A program made the position numbers and the translations under genes. Shown piece after piece: positions 28,601 through 39,161 of a DNA stretch of 64,000 bases. A model generated the notes under the pieces. That model saw nothing but the letters and a program-made list of their open reading frames with translations, was not told the DNA's origin and searched no databases. The stretch's first letter is position 1. Each line of letters opens with the position of its first letter. This DNA comes from Acetobacteraceae bacterium (GTDB lineage: Bacteria > Pseudomonadota > Alphaproteobacteria > Acetobacterales > Acetobacteraceae). Location: NCBI GenBank assembly GCA_022842185.1, contig JALHQB010000002.1, forward strand, positions 15,496-79,495, written 5' to 3'.

Positions 28601-29093
28601 GCAGGATGCGCGCGGCCGCATCGCGCCGCCCGTCGCCCACCAGCCGAGCCACCGGCCCCAACGTACCGCCGGTCAAAAGGAAGATCCCCGCCGCATGGTC
28701 GCGCAGGATATCCAGCGTGATCGCCGGCCTCCCAGACGGGTCATCCCGCAGGAAGCCCTTCGACGACAGCGTCTGGAGGTTCTCGAACCCGGCCGCATCC
28801 ATCGCCAGTGCGACCAGCGGGTCGGGGTTCTGCCGGGCCACGTCGGGGCGATCCGGGTCGGCCTCCGCGCGGGTCAGGAACAGCCGGCAGCCCATGATCG
28901 GCTGGACGCCCTTCTTCGCGCAGTATTCTGCGAATTCCAGCGCGCCGAACATATTGGCGCTGTCGGTCAGCGCCACCGCCGGCATGCCGTTCGCGGCCGC
29001 CAGCGCGGCGAGCTTGTCCGCCGTGATGGCGCCTTCGCTCAGCGAATAGGCCGAATGGACATGCAGGTGGATGAAGGCGGAAGGGTCGGACAT
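25632..29093 (-). CDS. dnaE: DNA polymerase III alpha subunit
   Basis: FIHLHVHSAYSL, GRGSGAGS, MPDFDIDF, KFDFLGL, YGFNKSHAAAY. Confidence 0.97.
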   Translation of the reverse strand: MSDPSAFIHLHVHSAYSLSEGAITADKLAALAAANGMPAVALTDSANMFGALEFAEYCAKKGVQPIMGCRLFLTRAEADPDRPDVARQNPDPLVALAMDAAGFENLQTLSSKGFLRDDPSGRPAITLDILRDHAAGIFLLTGGTLGPVARLVGDGRRDAAARILHALREAFPDRLAVELHRHGLPQERAIESGLLALANDARLPIVAANDVYFAKREMHEAHDALLCIAEGRTMAERDRRRVTPEHWFKPAPVMRTLFADLPEACDNTLSIARMCAVMAESKKPELPICPKVQPGMTEAETVRAMAKAGLEKRLDAMLPTPDEAKRQVYRDRLDYELSVIEKMGFPGYFLIVADFIQWAKAQTPPIPVGPGRGSGAGSVAAWSLLITDLDPLRFGLLFERFLNPERVSMPDFDIDFCQDRRDEVIQYVVREYGADRVAQIITFGKLQAKAAVRDVGRVLGMPYGQVDKIASLIPFNPAKPVTLGQAIEGEPRLQEMRNGDEQVHRLLDIALQVEGLYRNASTHAAGVVIGRRPLIEIVPLYRDPRSPMLVTQYSMKYAEAASLVKFDFLGLKTLTVIERALAILASQDKHIDIAAIPIDDAKTYAMLAKGDAAGVFQFEGQGMRDCLRQMRASRFEDLVAAVALYRPGPMANIPAYCSRKAGEKWEPPHPAIMHILSETYGIMVYQEQVMQIAQDLAGYSLGAADLLRRAMGKKIRSEMEAQRKIFCDGAEARGIPPEKAAEIFDLMERFADYGFNKSHAAAYALVSYQTAWLKANHTVAFLAASMTLDLSNTDKLAGHMQECARLGIPILPPDINRSGAEFRVETTEDGKEAIRFALAAVKRVGEAAMRDLVRARDEDGPFASLGELAARVDPKLLNKMQIENLARAGAFECLDKNRARVMAGAETILRRAQANAEERGSGQIGLFGADSQRNEALRLPDVPDWPLLDRLAHEAEAVGFHLSAHPLDTYRKALQRLGVTPSAQIAERARSGSARLKLAGTVVNAKERTTKTGSRMAWIRLSDAQGSFEVTCFSEVLNRSRELLVEGQAVVVSCDARMEGEALRLTANDVEGLEKAASGAGGGVRVWLDDGSGIAPIQALLTREGRGRGRVVLVPRTGPGQEVEVALAGGFNIGPRMMQAMKVMPGVSALEEI

Positions 29094-29117
29094 GGCGGGA
29101 GACTCGCTGGCGGCCCG

Positions 29118-29805
<688 letters not shown>

Positions 29806-29813
<8 letters not shown>

Positions 29814-31071
29814 TGCGCAGCGCCTCCACCGGGTCGAGCCGCGCGGCGCGCCAGCTCGGGACAATCGTCGCCAACAGCGACAGAAGAAATCCGAGACCCA
29901 CCACCTGGATGACCTCGATCGGGTCCACCACGGCGGGAATCCTGGTCAGGAAATAGATCTCGGGATCGAAGATGGTGGTGCCCGTGGCGCTCATCAGCGC
30001 CTGTCGGATCGTCTCGATATTCGCGCAGAACAGCAGTCCCAGTGCCAGCCCCGCCAGCGTGCCCGCCCCGCCGATGGCCGCGCCGCACAGCAGGAACACC
30101 CGCAGGATCGCGCCCCGCGCGGCACCCATGGTGCGCAGGATGGCGATGTCCCGCCCCTTGTCCTTCACCAGCATGATGAGGGAGGAGATGATGTTGAACG
30201 CCGCCACCACGATGATCAGCGTCAGGATCAGGAACATCACGTTCCGCTGCACCTGCACGATCTGGAAGAAGCCGCTATTGGCGTTCTGCCAGTCCATGAT
30301 GGCGATCGGCTGGCCATCCAGAGCGCGGCGGATTTCGGAAATCACGGCCGGCCCGGCAGCGGGGCTGCGCAGATAGACCTCGACCTGGCTGACCATGCCG
30401 CGGCGCTGGAAGAATATCTGCGCGGCGTCTAGTGGCAGGAACACGAAGGACCCGTCGTAATCCTGCATGCCCACTTCGAAGATCGCCGCGACCCGATACG
30501 CGCGCAGCCGCGGCACCGTGCCGAACACTGTGGTGCGCCCTTCGGGCGAGATCAGCGTGACCCGGTCGCCCACGCCGATATCCAGCCTGCGCGCCAGCAC
30601 CGTGCCGATCACCACAGCATCATCCCCGCCGAAATCCGCCAGGGACCCGGCCCGGATGGTGCCGGCGATGATCGGCCGTGCGCGCAGATCATCCGGCGCC
30701 ACGCCGCGCACCAGCCCGCCGGCGGAAGCGCCCGCATCGGTCGTCAGCAGCACCTGGCCTTCCAGCGTCGGGACCGCCTGCGTCACCTCCGGCAGGGCAC
30801 GGATGCGCGCGGCCATCGCGGCATAATCACGCAGCGGACCTTCGGTGGTGACCACGCCGATATTGCCGTTCAGCGCCAGGATGCGGCCCAGCAATTCCTG
30901 CCGGAACCCACCCATCACCGACAGCACGACGATCAGCGTCCCCACGCCGAGTGCGATGCCCGCCAGCGAGAAGGCCGCGATCAAAGACACCGCGCGCTCC
31001 CCCTTGCCCGCGCGCAGGTAGCGCGCGGCGATGGCACGTTCGAAGGCGCCGAACATGCGGGGTTCAGCCAT
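29806..31071 (-). CDS. LolC/E family permease, paralogue 2
   Basis: [49 protein letters not shown]. Confidence 0.92.
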
Positions 31072-32317
31072 GGCGCAGCGCCTCGGCCGGATCGATCCGC
31101 GCCGCGCGCCAGCTCGGCCACAGCGTCGCCAGCAGCGACAGGCCGAAACCCATGGCCACGATCACCGCGACCTCCCGCCCGTCCACGACGGACGGCAACT
31201 GCATCAGGAAGCGCAGCTCCGCTCCGGACAGCCCGCTCTCCTCCAGCCAGGCCAGGCCCGCGCGCAATCCGTCGAAGTTCGTCGCGATGCCAAGGCCCAG
31301 CGCGAAGCCCGCCAGCGTGCCGCCGCAACCGATGGTCGCCCCGCACAGGATGAAGATGCGCAGCACCGCGCCACGCCGCGCGCCCATGGTCCGCAGGATG
31401 GCGATGTCCCGCCCCTTGTCCTTCACCAACATGGTCAGGGAGGAGATGATGTTGAACGCCGCCACCACGATGATCAGCGTCAGGATCAGGAACATCACCT
31501 TTCGTTCCACCACCACCGCCGCGTAGATGCTGCTGTTGGCGCCCTGCCAATCCGTCACGCGCAGGGGCTGGCCGGCGAAGGCCGCCCGCACCGCCGCCGT
31601 CACGGGGGCGATGCGCGACGGGTCGGCCACCATGATCTCCACCTGGCTGACGGCATCGCCCAGGCCGAACAGCGCCTGGGCGGTGGCCAACGGGACGAAG
31701 ATGGTCCGGCTGTCGTATTCCGGCAGGCCGAGATCGATGGTCGCGACCACGCTCAGTGTGCGCTGGCGCGGTGCGGCAGTGAAATCCCCGCCACGCGCCT
31801 GGGGCAACAGCAGCGTCAGGCTGTCGCCGGGCTGCACCCGCATGCGCTGGGCCAGGCGCCAACCGAGCACCGCGGTGTCCTCCGCCCCGAAGGCATCGAG
31901 GCTGCCGAGGCGGATCGCGTCCTGGATGCTCGTCCGGTCGCGCAGCGCCTCCGGCGCGACGCCACGCAGCTGCGCCGCCGCCGCGCCGCCACCGGGCGCG
32001 GTCGTCAGCACCTGGCCTTCCACCACGGGCGCGGCCTGCGCGACACCGCCGATCGCGACGAGCCGGGCCACGATCGCGTCATGCCCTGCCAGCGCGCGGC
32101 CCCGTTCGGGCTGCACCGTCAGATGCCCGTTCAACCCGATGATCCGGTTCATCAGATCCTGGCGGAAGCCATTCATCACGGAGGTGACGATGATGAGCGT
32201 CGCCACGCCGAGCGTGATGCCGACCAGCGAGAACAGCGCGATGATCGAGACGAACCGCTCCCCCTTTCGCGCCCGCAGGTAGCGGAAGGCGACGGCGCGC
32301 TCGAAGGCGTCGAACAT
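31064..32317 (-). CDS. LolC/E family permease, paralogue 1
   Basis: [50 protein letters not shown]. Confidence 0.92.
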   Translation of the reverse strand: MFDAFERAVAFRYLRARKGERFVSIIALFSLVGITLGVATLIIVTSVMNGFRQDLMNRIIGLNGHLTVQPERGRALAGHDAIVARLVAIGGVAQAAPVVEGQVLTTAPGGGAAAAQLRGVAPEALRDRTSIQDAIRLGSLDAFGAEDTAVLGWRLAQRMRVQPGDSLTLLLPQARGGDFTAAPRQRTLSVVATIDLGLPEYDSRTIFVPLATAQALFGLGDAVSQVEIMVADPSRIAPVTAAVRAAFAGQPLRVTDWQGANSSIYAAVVVERKVMFLILTLIIVVAAFNIISSLTMLVKDKGRDIAILRTMGARRGAVLRIFILCGATIGCGGTLAGFALGLGIATNFDGLRAGLAWLEESGLSGAELRFLMQLPSVVDGREVAVIVAMGFGLSLLATLWPSWRAARIDPAEALRHG

Positions 32318-32325
32318 CGATGGGG

Positions 32326-33642
32326 TCAGCCGCCGCGGATCTTCGCGATGGCCTCTTCGAACGAGACCTCCACCCTTTCGCCGGTGGCGCGGCGCTTCAA
32401 TTCCACCTTGCCGGCAGCGGCCCCGCGCGGGCCGATGATGGCCTGCCAGGGGAAGCCCATCAGGTCGGCATCGGCGAATTTCTCGCCCGCCCGCGAACCG
32501 CGGTCGTCATAGACGGCCTCGTCGCCGAGCGCGGCATAGAGCTGCTCGCACATCGCGTCGGTCGCGGCATCCCCCACCCGAAGGTTCAGGATGGTGGCGG
32601 CCCAAGGGGCGACCGCGTCGGGCCATTTGATGCCGGCCTCGTCGTGGTTCGCCTCGATCAGCGCGCCGACCAGGCGGGAGACGCCGATGCCATACGAACC
32701 CATCTCGGGCACCACCGTGGTGCCGTCCGGCCCGGGCAGCGTCAGCCCCATCGCGGCGGAATACTTGGTGCCGAAATAGAAGATGTGGCCGACCTCAATG
32801 CCGCGCCCCTCGCGCCGGCGGTCCTGCGGCACCTGCGACCAGGCGGCGGCGTCGTGCATCTCGTCGGTCGCGGCATACGATGCGGTGACGCCGTTGAAGA
32901 AGGCTTCGAGCCCGGCGACGTCGTCGGTCGCCACATCGGTCCCGGCCCAGTCGGTCGTCTCATAGGTCGCGTCGTAGAACACGCCGCTCTCGCCGGTATC
33001 GGCCAGGATGATGAATTCGTGGCTGAGGTCGCCGCCGATCGGCCCGGTATCGGCGCGCATCGGCACCGCGGTCAGCCCCAAGCGCTGGAAGGTCCGCAGG
33101 TAGGCCAGGAACATCTGGCGGTAGGAATGGCGCGCGCCGTCCTGCGTCGCATCGAAGGAATAGGCATCCTTCATCAGGAATTCTCGGCCGCGCATCACGC
33201 CGAAGCGTGGGCGCACCTCGTCGCGGAATTTCCATTGGATGTGGTACAGGTTGCGCGGCAGGTCACGGTAGGACCGGGCATAGGTCTTGAAGATGTCGGT
33301 GACCATTTCCTCGTTGGTCGGGCCGAACAGCATGTCGCGGTCATGCCGGTCGGTGATGCGCAGCATTTCCTTGCCGTAGTCATCGTACCGGCCGGATTCG
33401 CGCCACAGATCCGCCGACTGGATGGTCGGCATCAGGATTTCCTGCGCGCCGGCGCGGTCCTGTTCTTCCCGCACGATCTGCTCGACCCGGCGCAGCACAC
33501 GCAGCCCTGCCGGCAGCCAGGCGTAGATGCCGGCCGAAGTCTGGCGCACCAGCCCCGCCCGCAGCATCAGGCGGTGGGAGGCGATCTGCGCGTCGGCAGG
33601 GGTTTCTTTCAGCGTCGGCAGGAAAGCGCGGGAGAGGCGCAC
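32326..33642 (-). CDS. proS: Prolyl-tRNA synthetase (short alphaproteobacterial type)
   Basis: GTG start [50 protein letters not shown]. Confidence 0.95.
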   Translation of the reverse strand: MRLSRAFLPTLKETPADAQIASHRLMLRAGLVRQTSAGIYAWLPAGLRVLRRVEQIVREEQDRAGAQEILMPTIQSADLWRESGRYDDYGKEMLRITDRHDRDMLFGPTNEEMVTDIFKTYARSYRDLPRNLYHIQWKFRDEVRPRFGVMRGREFLMKDAYSFDATQDGARHSYRQMFLAYLRTFQRLGLTAVPMRADTGPIGGDLSHEFIILADTGESGVFYDATYETTDWAGTDVATDDVAGLEAFFNGVTASYAATDEMHDAAAWSQVPQDRRREGRGIEVGHIFYFGTKYSAAMGLTLPGPDGTTVVPEMGSYGIGVSRLVGALIEANHDEAGIKWPDAVAPWAATILNLRVGDAATDAMCEQLYAALGDEAVYDDRGSRAGEKFADADLMGFPWQAIIGPRGAAAGKVELKRRATGERVEVSFEEAIAKIRGG

Positions 33643-33875
33643 GGGCGGTCCTTTGCGGCGGTCGTCGGCGGGGAACCTAATGGCGGGGGCGCCGTGCCGG
33701 AAGGGGCCAGCAGCTCGTCTCATCCGACGAGGCGCATGGACAATGGCTCCCGGACCCTCAGTCGCGCAAAGGTAGAAAGAATGCTGCGCCTGCGAAGGGT
33801 GACGCGACAGAAAAATGCGCCGCGAGGGTGTGAACGCATGCTTTATGCTTGCGGCAGGGCGCCGCCGGGCACTAG

Positions 33876-33967
33876 AAAAAGAAAGGGCCGCGCCCCAAAA
33901 GGTCGCGGCCCAAGTTTAGGGAGGAAACGCCAGTCACACGGCAGGAAGAGAACCAATCTCTTCCTGA
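33876..33967 (-). ncRNA. mmgR: MmgR / suhB (alpha-r8) family small RNA
   Basis: On -: 5' hairpin CAGGAAGAG/CTCTTCCTG, single-stranded UUUCCUCCCU (33927-33918), AAACUU, then GGGCCGCG/CGCGGCCC stem and U-tract; ends approximate. Confidence 0.78.
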
Positions 33968-33972
33968 AAATA

Positions 33973-34001
33973 AGAATGGCCGCACACGGCCCTGGCGACA
34001 A
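33973..34001 (-). promoter_or_regulatory. Sigma70-like promoter of the sRNA
   Basis: TTGTCG-N17-CATTCT on -, 6 nt before the 5' hairpin. Confidence 0.5.
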
Positions 34002-34096
34002 CGAAAAATACCGCAGTGCAGGATGAAAAAAGCGGCTCTGAACCGCATCCTGCGCGAAAGCGGAGCAATCCCCCTGAAGGCCTGCACAGTTCCTGA

Positions 34097-34360
34097 TCAC
34101 GGCCCGGGTAATGCAAACGGGCCGGAACGGAAAGAGAGCCAATCGCTCTCGACCAGCGCCCAGATCCCAAACCAGATGATGCCCGAAACCACCGTGGTCG
34201 CGATGGCCTTGCGCAGGATATGCGGGGCCACGGGCGCACCGCGCCAGCCGCCGGCTTCGATGTCGCCCTCCGCATCGGGTCGCGTTCCGATCGGCAGGAT
34301 GGCGAACAGCACGGTCCACCACACCAGCAGATAGACCACGGTTCCCGTGAACAGCGTCAT
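34097..34360 (-). CDS. DUF1467 family small membrane protein
   Basis: VYLLVWWTVLFAILPIG, KAIATTVVS; usual position between rnj and proS. Confidence 0.8.
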   Translation of the reverse strand: MTLFTGTVVYLLVWWTVLFAILPIGTRPDAEGDIEAGGWRGAPVAPHILRKAIATTVVSGIIWFGIWALVESDWLSFRSGPFALPGP

Positions 34361-34542
34361 GCGACCAAATCCCGATCCGAAAGGCCTGGGCGGCTTGCCA
34401 TGTGAGCGATCCGCCGCCGCATGGGGCCTACCCTGCCCTGACGTGAGGTTTTGTTCGGCCTCCCAGCAGGGCCGACCCTTCACCGAGGCCGGATCAGCCA
34501 AGACCGGCTGAACCACCCCCGCCAGCCATCACCCGCCACACG

Positions 34543-36189
34543 TCACAATCTCAGCAGATGCACCTCGACCATCGGCCGCTTGCGCAACCGCTTGCCGACC
34601 GCCTTGCGCAAGGCCGACCTTGCGGCTTCGCGCAGCTGGTCATCCTCTCGCTTCAGTGCGGCGGGCATGTCGGCGATGGCGCGGCGGAACTCGGCCGCGA
34701 TGATCGCCGGTTCGGCATCGCCAACCTCGAACAGCCCGGGGGCGGAGATCTGTGGATCACCCAACACCCGGCCCTGGGCATCCACCGCCAGTGAGGCGAC
34801 GACCATGCCGTTGAACATCATCCGCCGCCGCGCCGCGATCAGGGCGCCATCGATCGGCAGCAGCCGGTCGCCATCGATGGCCAGCCGGCCGGTCGGCACG
34901 CCCTCGGTCACTTCCGGACGGTTGCCCGACAGACGCAGGATGTCGCCATCCTCGATCAGGAAGGGGATCGCGCCGCATTCCTTCGCCAGCGCGCCATGTT
35001 CCTGCATGTGGCGCCATTCGCCATGCACCGGCACCGAATAGCGCGGCTTCACCAGCCCATAGAGCCGCTTCAGCTCGTCGCGCGCCGGGTGACCCGACAC
35101 GTGGACCATGTGGTCCTCGTCGGTCATCACCTTGCAGCCGCGGCGCGCCAGGCCGTCCTGCACGCGCTGGATCGCCTGTTCGTTGCCGGGGATGCGGCGG
35201 GAGGAGAAGATCACGGTGTCCCCTTCCCCCAGCGCGATATTCGGGTGGGTGTCCTCGGCGATCTTGGTCATGGCGGACCGAGGCTCGCCCTGGCTGCCGG
35301 TGCAGATCAGCAGGATCTCGTCATCCGGCAGGTAGCCGGCCTCATCCTCCGGCACGAAGGGCGGGATGGACTTCAGATAGCCGCATTCCCGCGCGGCGGC
35401 CTCGATGTTGCGCAGGGATCGCCCGAACAGCGACACCTGCCGGCCCGCCGCCCGCCCGGCCAGCGCGATCGATTCCAGCCGCGCCACGTTGGAGGCAAAG
35501 CCGGTCACGGCGATGCGCCCGCTGATGCCGCGGATCAGGGCGGCCAGATTGCGCCTAACCTCCGCCTCGCTGCCCGAATGGCCTTCGACCATCGCATTGG
35601 TCGAATCGCAGACCATGGCGAGCACGCCTTCCTCGCCCAGGGCGGCAAAGGCGGCTTCATCCGTGCGGGGGCCGATCAGCGGATCGGGGTCGAGCTTCCA
35701 ATCACCGGTGTGCAGCACGGTGCCATGGCGGGTGCGAATGACCAGCGCCTGGGATTCCGGCACCGAATGCGCAACCGGCAGGTATTGCAGATCGAAGGGG
35801 CCGAGGGTGAAGCGCTCGCGCGGCTGGGTCACGACCAGCGGCACTTCTTGCATCATGCCCGCTTCGGTCAGCTTGCGCGTCAGCACCGCCGCGGCGAAGG
35901 GCGTCGCGTAGATCTTGCAGCGGAACTGTCGCCACAGATGCACCACGGCGCCGATATGGTCTTCATGCGCATGGGTGATCACCAGCCCCACCAGCTTGTC
36001 CCGCCGTTCGGCGAGCCAGGCCGGGTCCGGCACCATCACATCCACTTCGGGGTTGTCATGCCCGGCAAAACCCAGCCCGCAATCGACCGCAAGCAACGCG
36101 CCGTCGCAGCGATAGACATTCAGGTTCATGCCGATCTCGCCGGTCCCGCCCAGCGGGAGGAAGGCGAGGTCGCCGGTGACGGCGTTCAT
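34543..36189 (-). CDS. rnj: Ribonuclease J
   Basis: PLGGTGEIGMN, THAHEDHIG, HTGDWKLD, GSQGEP, HVSGH, VHGEWRH. Confidence 0.93.
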   Translation of the reverse strand: MNAVTGDLAFLPLGGTGEIGMNLNVYRCDGALLAVDCGLGFAGHDNPEVDVMVPDPAWLAERRDKLVGLVITHAHEDHIGAVVHLWRQFRCKIYATPFAAAVLTRKLTEAGMMQEVPLVVTQPRERFTLGPFDLQYLPVAHSVPESQALVIRTRHGTVLHTGDWKLDPDPLIGPRTDEAAFAALGEEGVLAMVCDSTNAMVEGHSGSEAEVRRNLAALIRGISGRIAVTGFASNVARLESIALAGRAAGRQVSLFGRSLRNIEAAARECGYLKSIPPFVPEDEAGYLPDDEILLICTGSQGEPRSAMTKIAEDTHPNIALGEGDTVIFSSRRIPGNEQAIQRVQDGLARRGCKVMTDEDHMVHVSGHPARDELKRLYGLVKPRYSVPVHGEWRHMQEHGALAKECGAIPFLIEDGDILRLSGNRPEVTEGVPTGRLAIDGDRLLPIDGALIAARRRMMFNGMVVASLAVDAQGRVLGDPQISAPGLFEVGDAEPAIIAAEFRRAIADMPAALKREDDQLREAARSALRKAVGKRLRKRPMVEVHLLRL

Positions 36190-36194
36190 CGTGT

Positions 36195-37013
36195 TCAGTC
36201 GGAATCCGATCGGAGGGGGTCGCGCAAGGCGCTGTGGTGAAAGACAGGGGGTGGGTTGCGGTCCGCAAGGAGGCGCAACCCTTCGAGCGTAATGTCGGGG
36301 TCGGTTCTCTCTATCACAAGGGTTCCCTCGGCAAACAGGGGCGCGAGGCCACCGGTCGCAATGACTTTCAGCGGCGCGCCGAATTCAGCCTTGATGCGGG
36401 AAATGATGCCCTCGATCAGCCCGACATAGCCCCAATAGATGCCCGACTGCATGGCCGGCACGGTGGAACGGCCGATCACCGCCTGCGGGCGGCCGATGCC
36501 GATGCGCGGCAGGCGCGCGGCGGCGCGGTGCAGCGCCTCGATCGACAGGTTGATCCCCGGGGCGATGGCGCCGCCCAGATAGGCACCGTCGGTATCGACC
36601 ACGTCGAAGGTCGTCGCCGTGCCGAAATCGACCACCACCAGCGGCCCGCGATAATGGGTGTGGCTCGCGAGGGCGTTCAGCAGCCGATCGGCGCCGACCT
36701 CATTGGGCTGGTCCACGCGGATGTCGAAGCCCCAATCGAGATGCGCGCGCGCGATGAGCGGTTCGGTATCGAACCAATCGCGGCAGACGCGCCGGAGATT
36801 GTACAGCGCCGCCGGCACCACCGTGCCGATGACGCAGCGTGTGATGTCGTTGGGATTGATCCCGGTATGCTGGAACAGCGCGAGCAGCCACACGGCGTAT
36901 TCATCGGAGGTGCGGTCGGTGCGGGTGGCGATGCGCCAGCGGCCGCGCCACTCCTTTCCGTCATGGACGGCGAAGACGACGTTGGTGTTGCCGGCATCGA
37001 CGGCGAGAAGCAT
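36195..37013 (-). CDS. coaX: Type III pantothenate kinase
   Basis: DAGNTN, GADR, DFGTATT. Confidence 0.93.
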   Translation of the reverse strand: MLLAVDAGNTNVVFAVHDGKEWRGRWRIATRTDRTSDEYAVWLLALFQHTGINPNDITRCVIGTVVPAALYNLRRVCRDWFDTEPLIARAHLDWGFDIRVDQPNEVGADRLLNALASHTHYRGPLVVVDFGTATTFDVVDTDGAYLGGAIAPGINLSIEALHRAAARLPRIGIGRPQAVIGRSTVPAMQSGIYWGYVGLIEGIISRIKAEFGAPLKVIATGGLAPLFAEGTLVIERTDPDITLEGLRLLADRNPPPVFHHSALRDPLRSDSD

Positions 37014-37016
37014 GGG

Positions 37017-37739
37017 TCAGGCGACCTCTCCGGAGGCGAGCGCCTGGATGCGCTCGCCGGTGGCGAGAAGCAGGCTGCCATCTTCGGCAAGGCCCGCGAA
37101 ACGGCCGGCTATGTCGCCGCCCCGGCGGCGGATGGCAAGATGTGCGCCCACCGACGGGCCGCGCGCCAGCCAGGCGTCGCGGATGGCGGCGAATCCTTCG
37201 GCCTGGCGCTGGGCACGCCGGCGGTCGATGGCGGCCAGGAGGTCGGCGGCGAAATGTTCCGGCGCGGGCGGTGCCACGCCGAATCCGGCAAGGCAGGCGG
37301 TTTCGCGCCCCGGCACCTGCGGCGCATGGGCGAGGTTCACGCCGATGCCTAGGCAGAGCCAGGCGATGACGCCATTCGAGCCGGTGCCGGTTTCGGCCAG
37401 GATGCCGGCGGCCTTCGCGCCGCCCAGCATCACGTCGTTCGGCCATTTCAGGGCCAGCGCAGCAGGATCGGGCAGCAGCGGGCCCAGCGCATCGGCCAGG
37501 GCCACGGCGGCCAGGAATCCCCATTGCGGCGCGAGGCGCAGCGGTTCGGACGGCCGCAACAACACCGACAGATGCAGATTGCCCGATGGGCCTTCCCATA
37601 CCCTGCCCTGCGTCCCGCGCCCCGCGGTCTGGCGCCGGGCCAGCACGGCGGTGCCGTCCGGCTCCCCCGCCTCGGCAAGCCGGATCACGAGGTCCGAGGT
37701 GCTGGGCAGCGCCTCATGGATCCGCAGGCGGCTGGTCAC
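37017..37739 (-). CDS. birA: Biotin-protein ligase (no HTH)
   Basis: STSD, QTAGRGTQGRVW, LKWPNDV, KAAGILAE, GIGVN; GTG start overlaps the nuoN stop. Confidence 0.9.
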   Translation of the reverse strand: MTSRLRIHEALPSTSDLVIRLAEAGEPDGTAVLARRQTAGRGTQGRVWEGPSGNLHLSVLLRPSEPLRLAPQWGFLAAVALADALGPLLPDPAALALKWPNDVMLGGAKAAGILAETGTGSNGVIAWLCLGIGVNLAHAPQVPGRETACLAGFGVAPPAPEHFAADLLAAIDRRRAQRQAEGFAAIRDAWLARGPSVGAHLAIRRRGGDIAGRFAGLAEDGSLLLATGERIQALASGEVA

Positions 37740-39157
37740 CCCAGGATCGAGGCGACGGCCGCCGCCGCCGCCGCCACCAGCGGCGCCGGATACAGGAAGA
37801 ACAGCGTGGTGAACAAGCCGGATGCCGTCATCACGAAGGACAGCGCCGCCGGCCGCGCGTCGAGCGCCCCGGCCGATTCGTCGAAGAACATCACCTTGAC
37901 GATCCGCAGGTAGTAGAAGGCGGATACGACCGAGGCCAGCACGCCGACGATGGCGAGCGTCCACAAGCCGGAATCGATGGCCGCCTTGAAGACGAACATC
38001 TTGCCGAAGAAGCCGGCGAGCGGCGGGATGCCGGCCATCGAGAACATGAAGATGGCCATCCACACCGCCATGGACAGGTCGGTCCGGGCAAGGCCAGCCA
38101 GGTCCGTGACGTTCTCGACGGCCCTGCCCTGCCGCCGCATGGCCACCAGCACCGCGAAGGCACCGAGGTTCATCAGCAGGTAGATCACCATATAGACCAG
38201 CAGGCCGCGCATGCCGGCTTCCGACGCCGCCGCCAGGCCAACCAGCGCAAAGCCGACATGGCCGATCGACGAATAGGCCATCAGGCGCTTGATGTTCTCC
38301 TGACCGATGGCGGCGAAGGCGCCGAGCACCATCGACAGCATCGAGATCACCACGATCACCTGCTGCCACTGCCCGGCCAGATCCCCGAACGGCCCGCCGA
38401 GGACGCGGGCGAACAGCGCGATGGCGGCGATCTTCGGTGCGGCCGCGAAGAAGGCGGTGACCGGCGTCGGCGCGCCTTCATAGACGTCGGGCGTCCACAT
38501 GTGGAACGGCACCGCCGAGACCTTGAACGCCAGGCCCGTGATGATGAAGACCATGCCGACGATCAGCCCGGGGCTGGCCCTGGTGGGATCGGACAGCGCA
38601 TCGGCGATGCGGTCGAAATTCGTCGTGCCGGTGAAGCCATAGACCAGTGACGACCCGTACAGCAGCAGCCCCGAGGCCAGCGCACCCAGCACGAAATACT
38701 TGAGACCCGCCTCGGCCGAACGTTCGTTGTCGCGGTTGAACGCGGCGACGACGTACAGGCTGAGCGAGAGCAGTTCGATCCCGATGTAGAGCGCCATCAG
38801 GTCGTTCGCCGAGACCATGACCAGCATGCCAAGCGTCGCGAAGACGAGCAGCACCGGATATTCGAACCGGTCCATCCCTTCCTTGGCATTGAAGTCGAGC
38901 GACAGCGCGACACCCGCCGCGGCACCGATCAGGATCAGCACGCGGGTGAAGCGGGAGAAGGCATCCGAGACGATCTGACCGCCGAAGCCCGTCCCTTCCG
39001 GCGCGCCCAGCACCAGCACGGCGGTCAGCAGGAAGGCGCCGATCGCCGCCATGGCGCAGGCAAAATGCGTGTTGGCCTTCGGCAGCACGCCGACGCCCAA
39101 TATGGCGAGGCCCGACAGGCCCAGCACGAGTTCCGGTACAGCGAGGGTCCAGTTCAT
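37736..39157 (-). CDS. nuoN: NADH-quinone oxidoreductase subunit N
   Basis: EAGLKYF, FKVSAVPFHMWTPDVYEGAP, KRLMAYSS. Confidence 0.95.
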   Translation of the reverse strand: MNWTLAVPELVLGLSGLAILGVGVLPKANTHFACAMAAIGAFLLTAVLVLGAPEGTGFGGQIVSDAFSRFTRVLILIGAAAGVALSLDFNAKEGMDRFEYPVLLVFATLGMLVMVSANDLMALYIGIELLSLSLYVVAAFNRDNERSAEAGLKYFVLGALASGLLLYGSSLVYGFTGTTNFDRIADALSDPTRASPGLIVGMVFIITGLAFKVSAVPFHMWTPDVYEGAPTPVTAFFAAAPKIAAIALFARVLGGPFGDLAGQWQQVIVVISMLSMVLGAFAAIGQENIKRLMAYSSIGHVGFALVGLAAASEAGMRGLLVYMVIYLLMNLGAFAVLVAMRRQGRAVENVTDLAGLARTDLSMAVWMAIFMFSMAGIPPLAGFFGKMFVFKAAIDSGLWTLAIVGVLASVVSAFYYLRIVKVMFFDESAGALDARPAALSFVMTASGLFTTLFFLYPAPLVAAAAAAVASILG

Positions 39158-39161
39158 CGGA

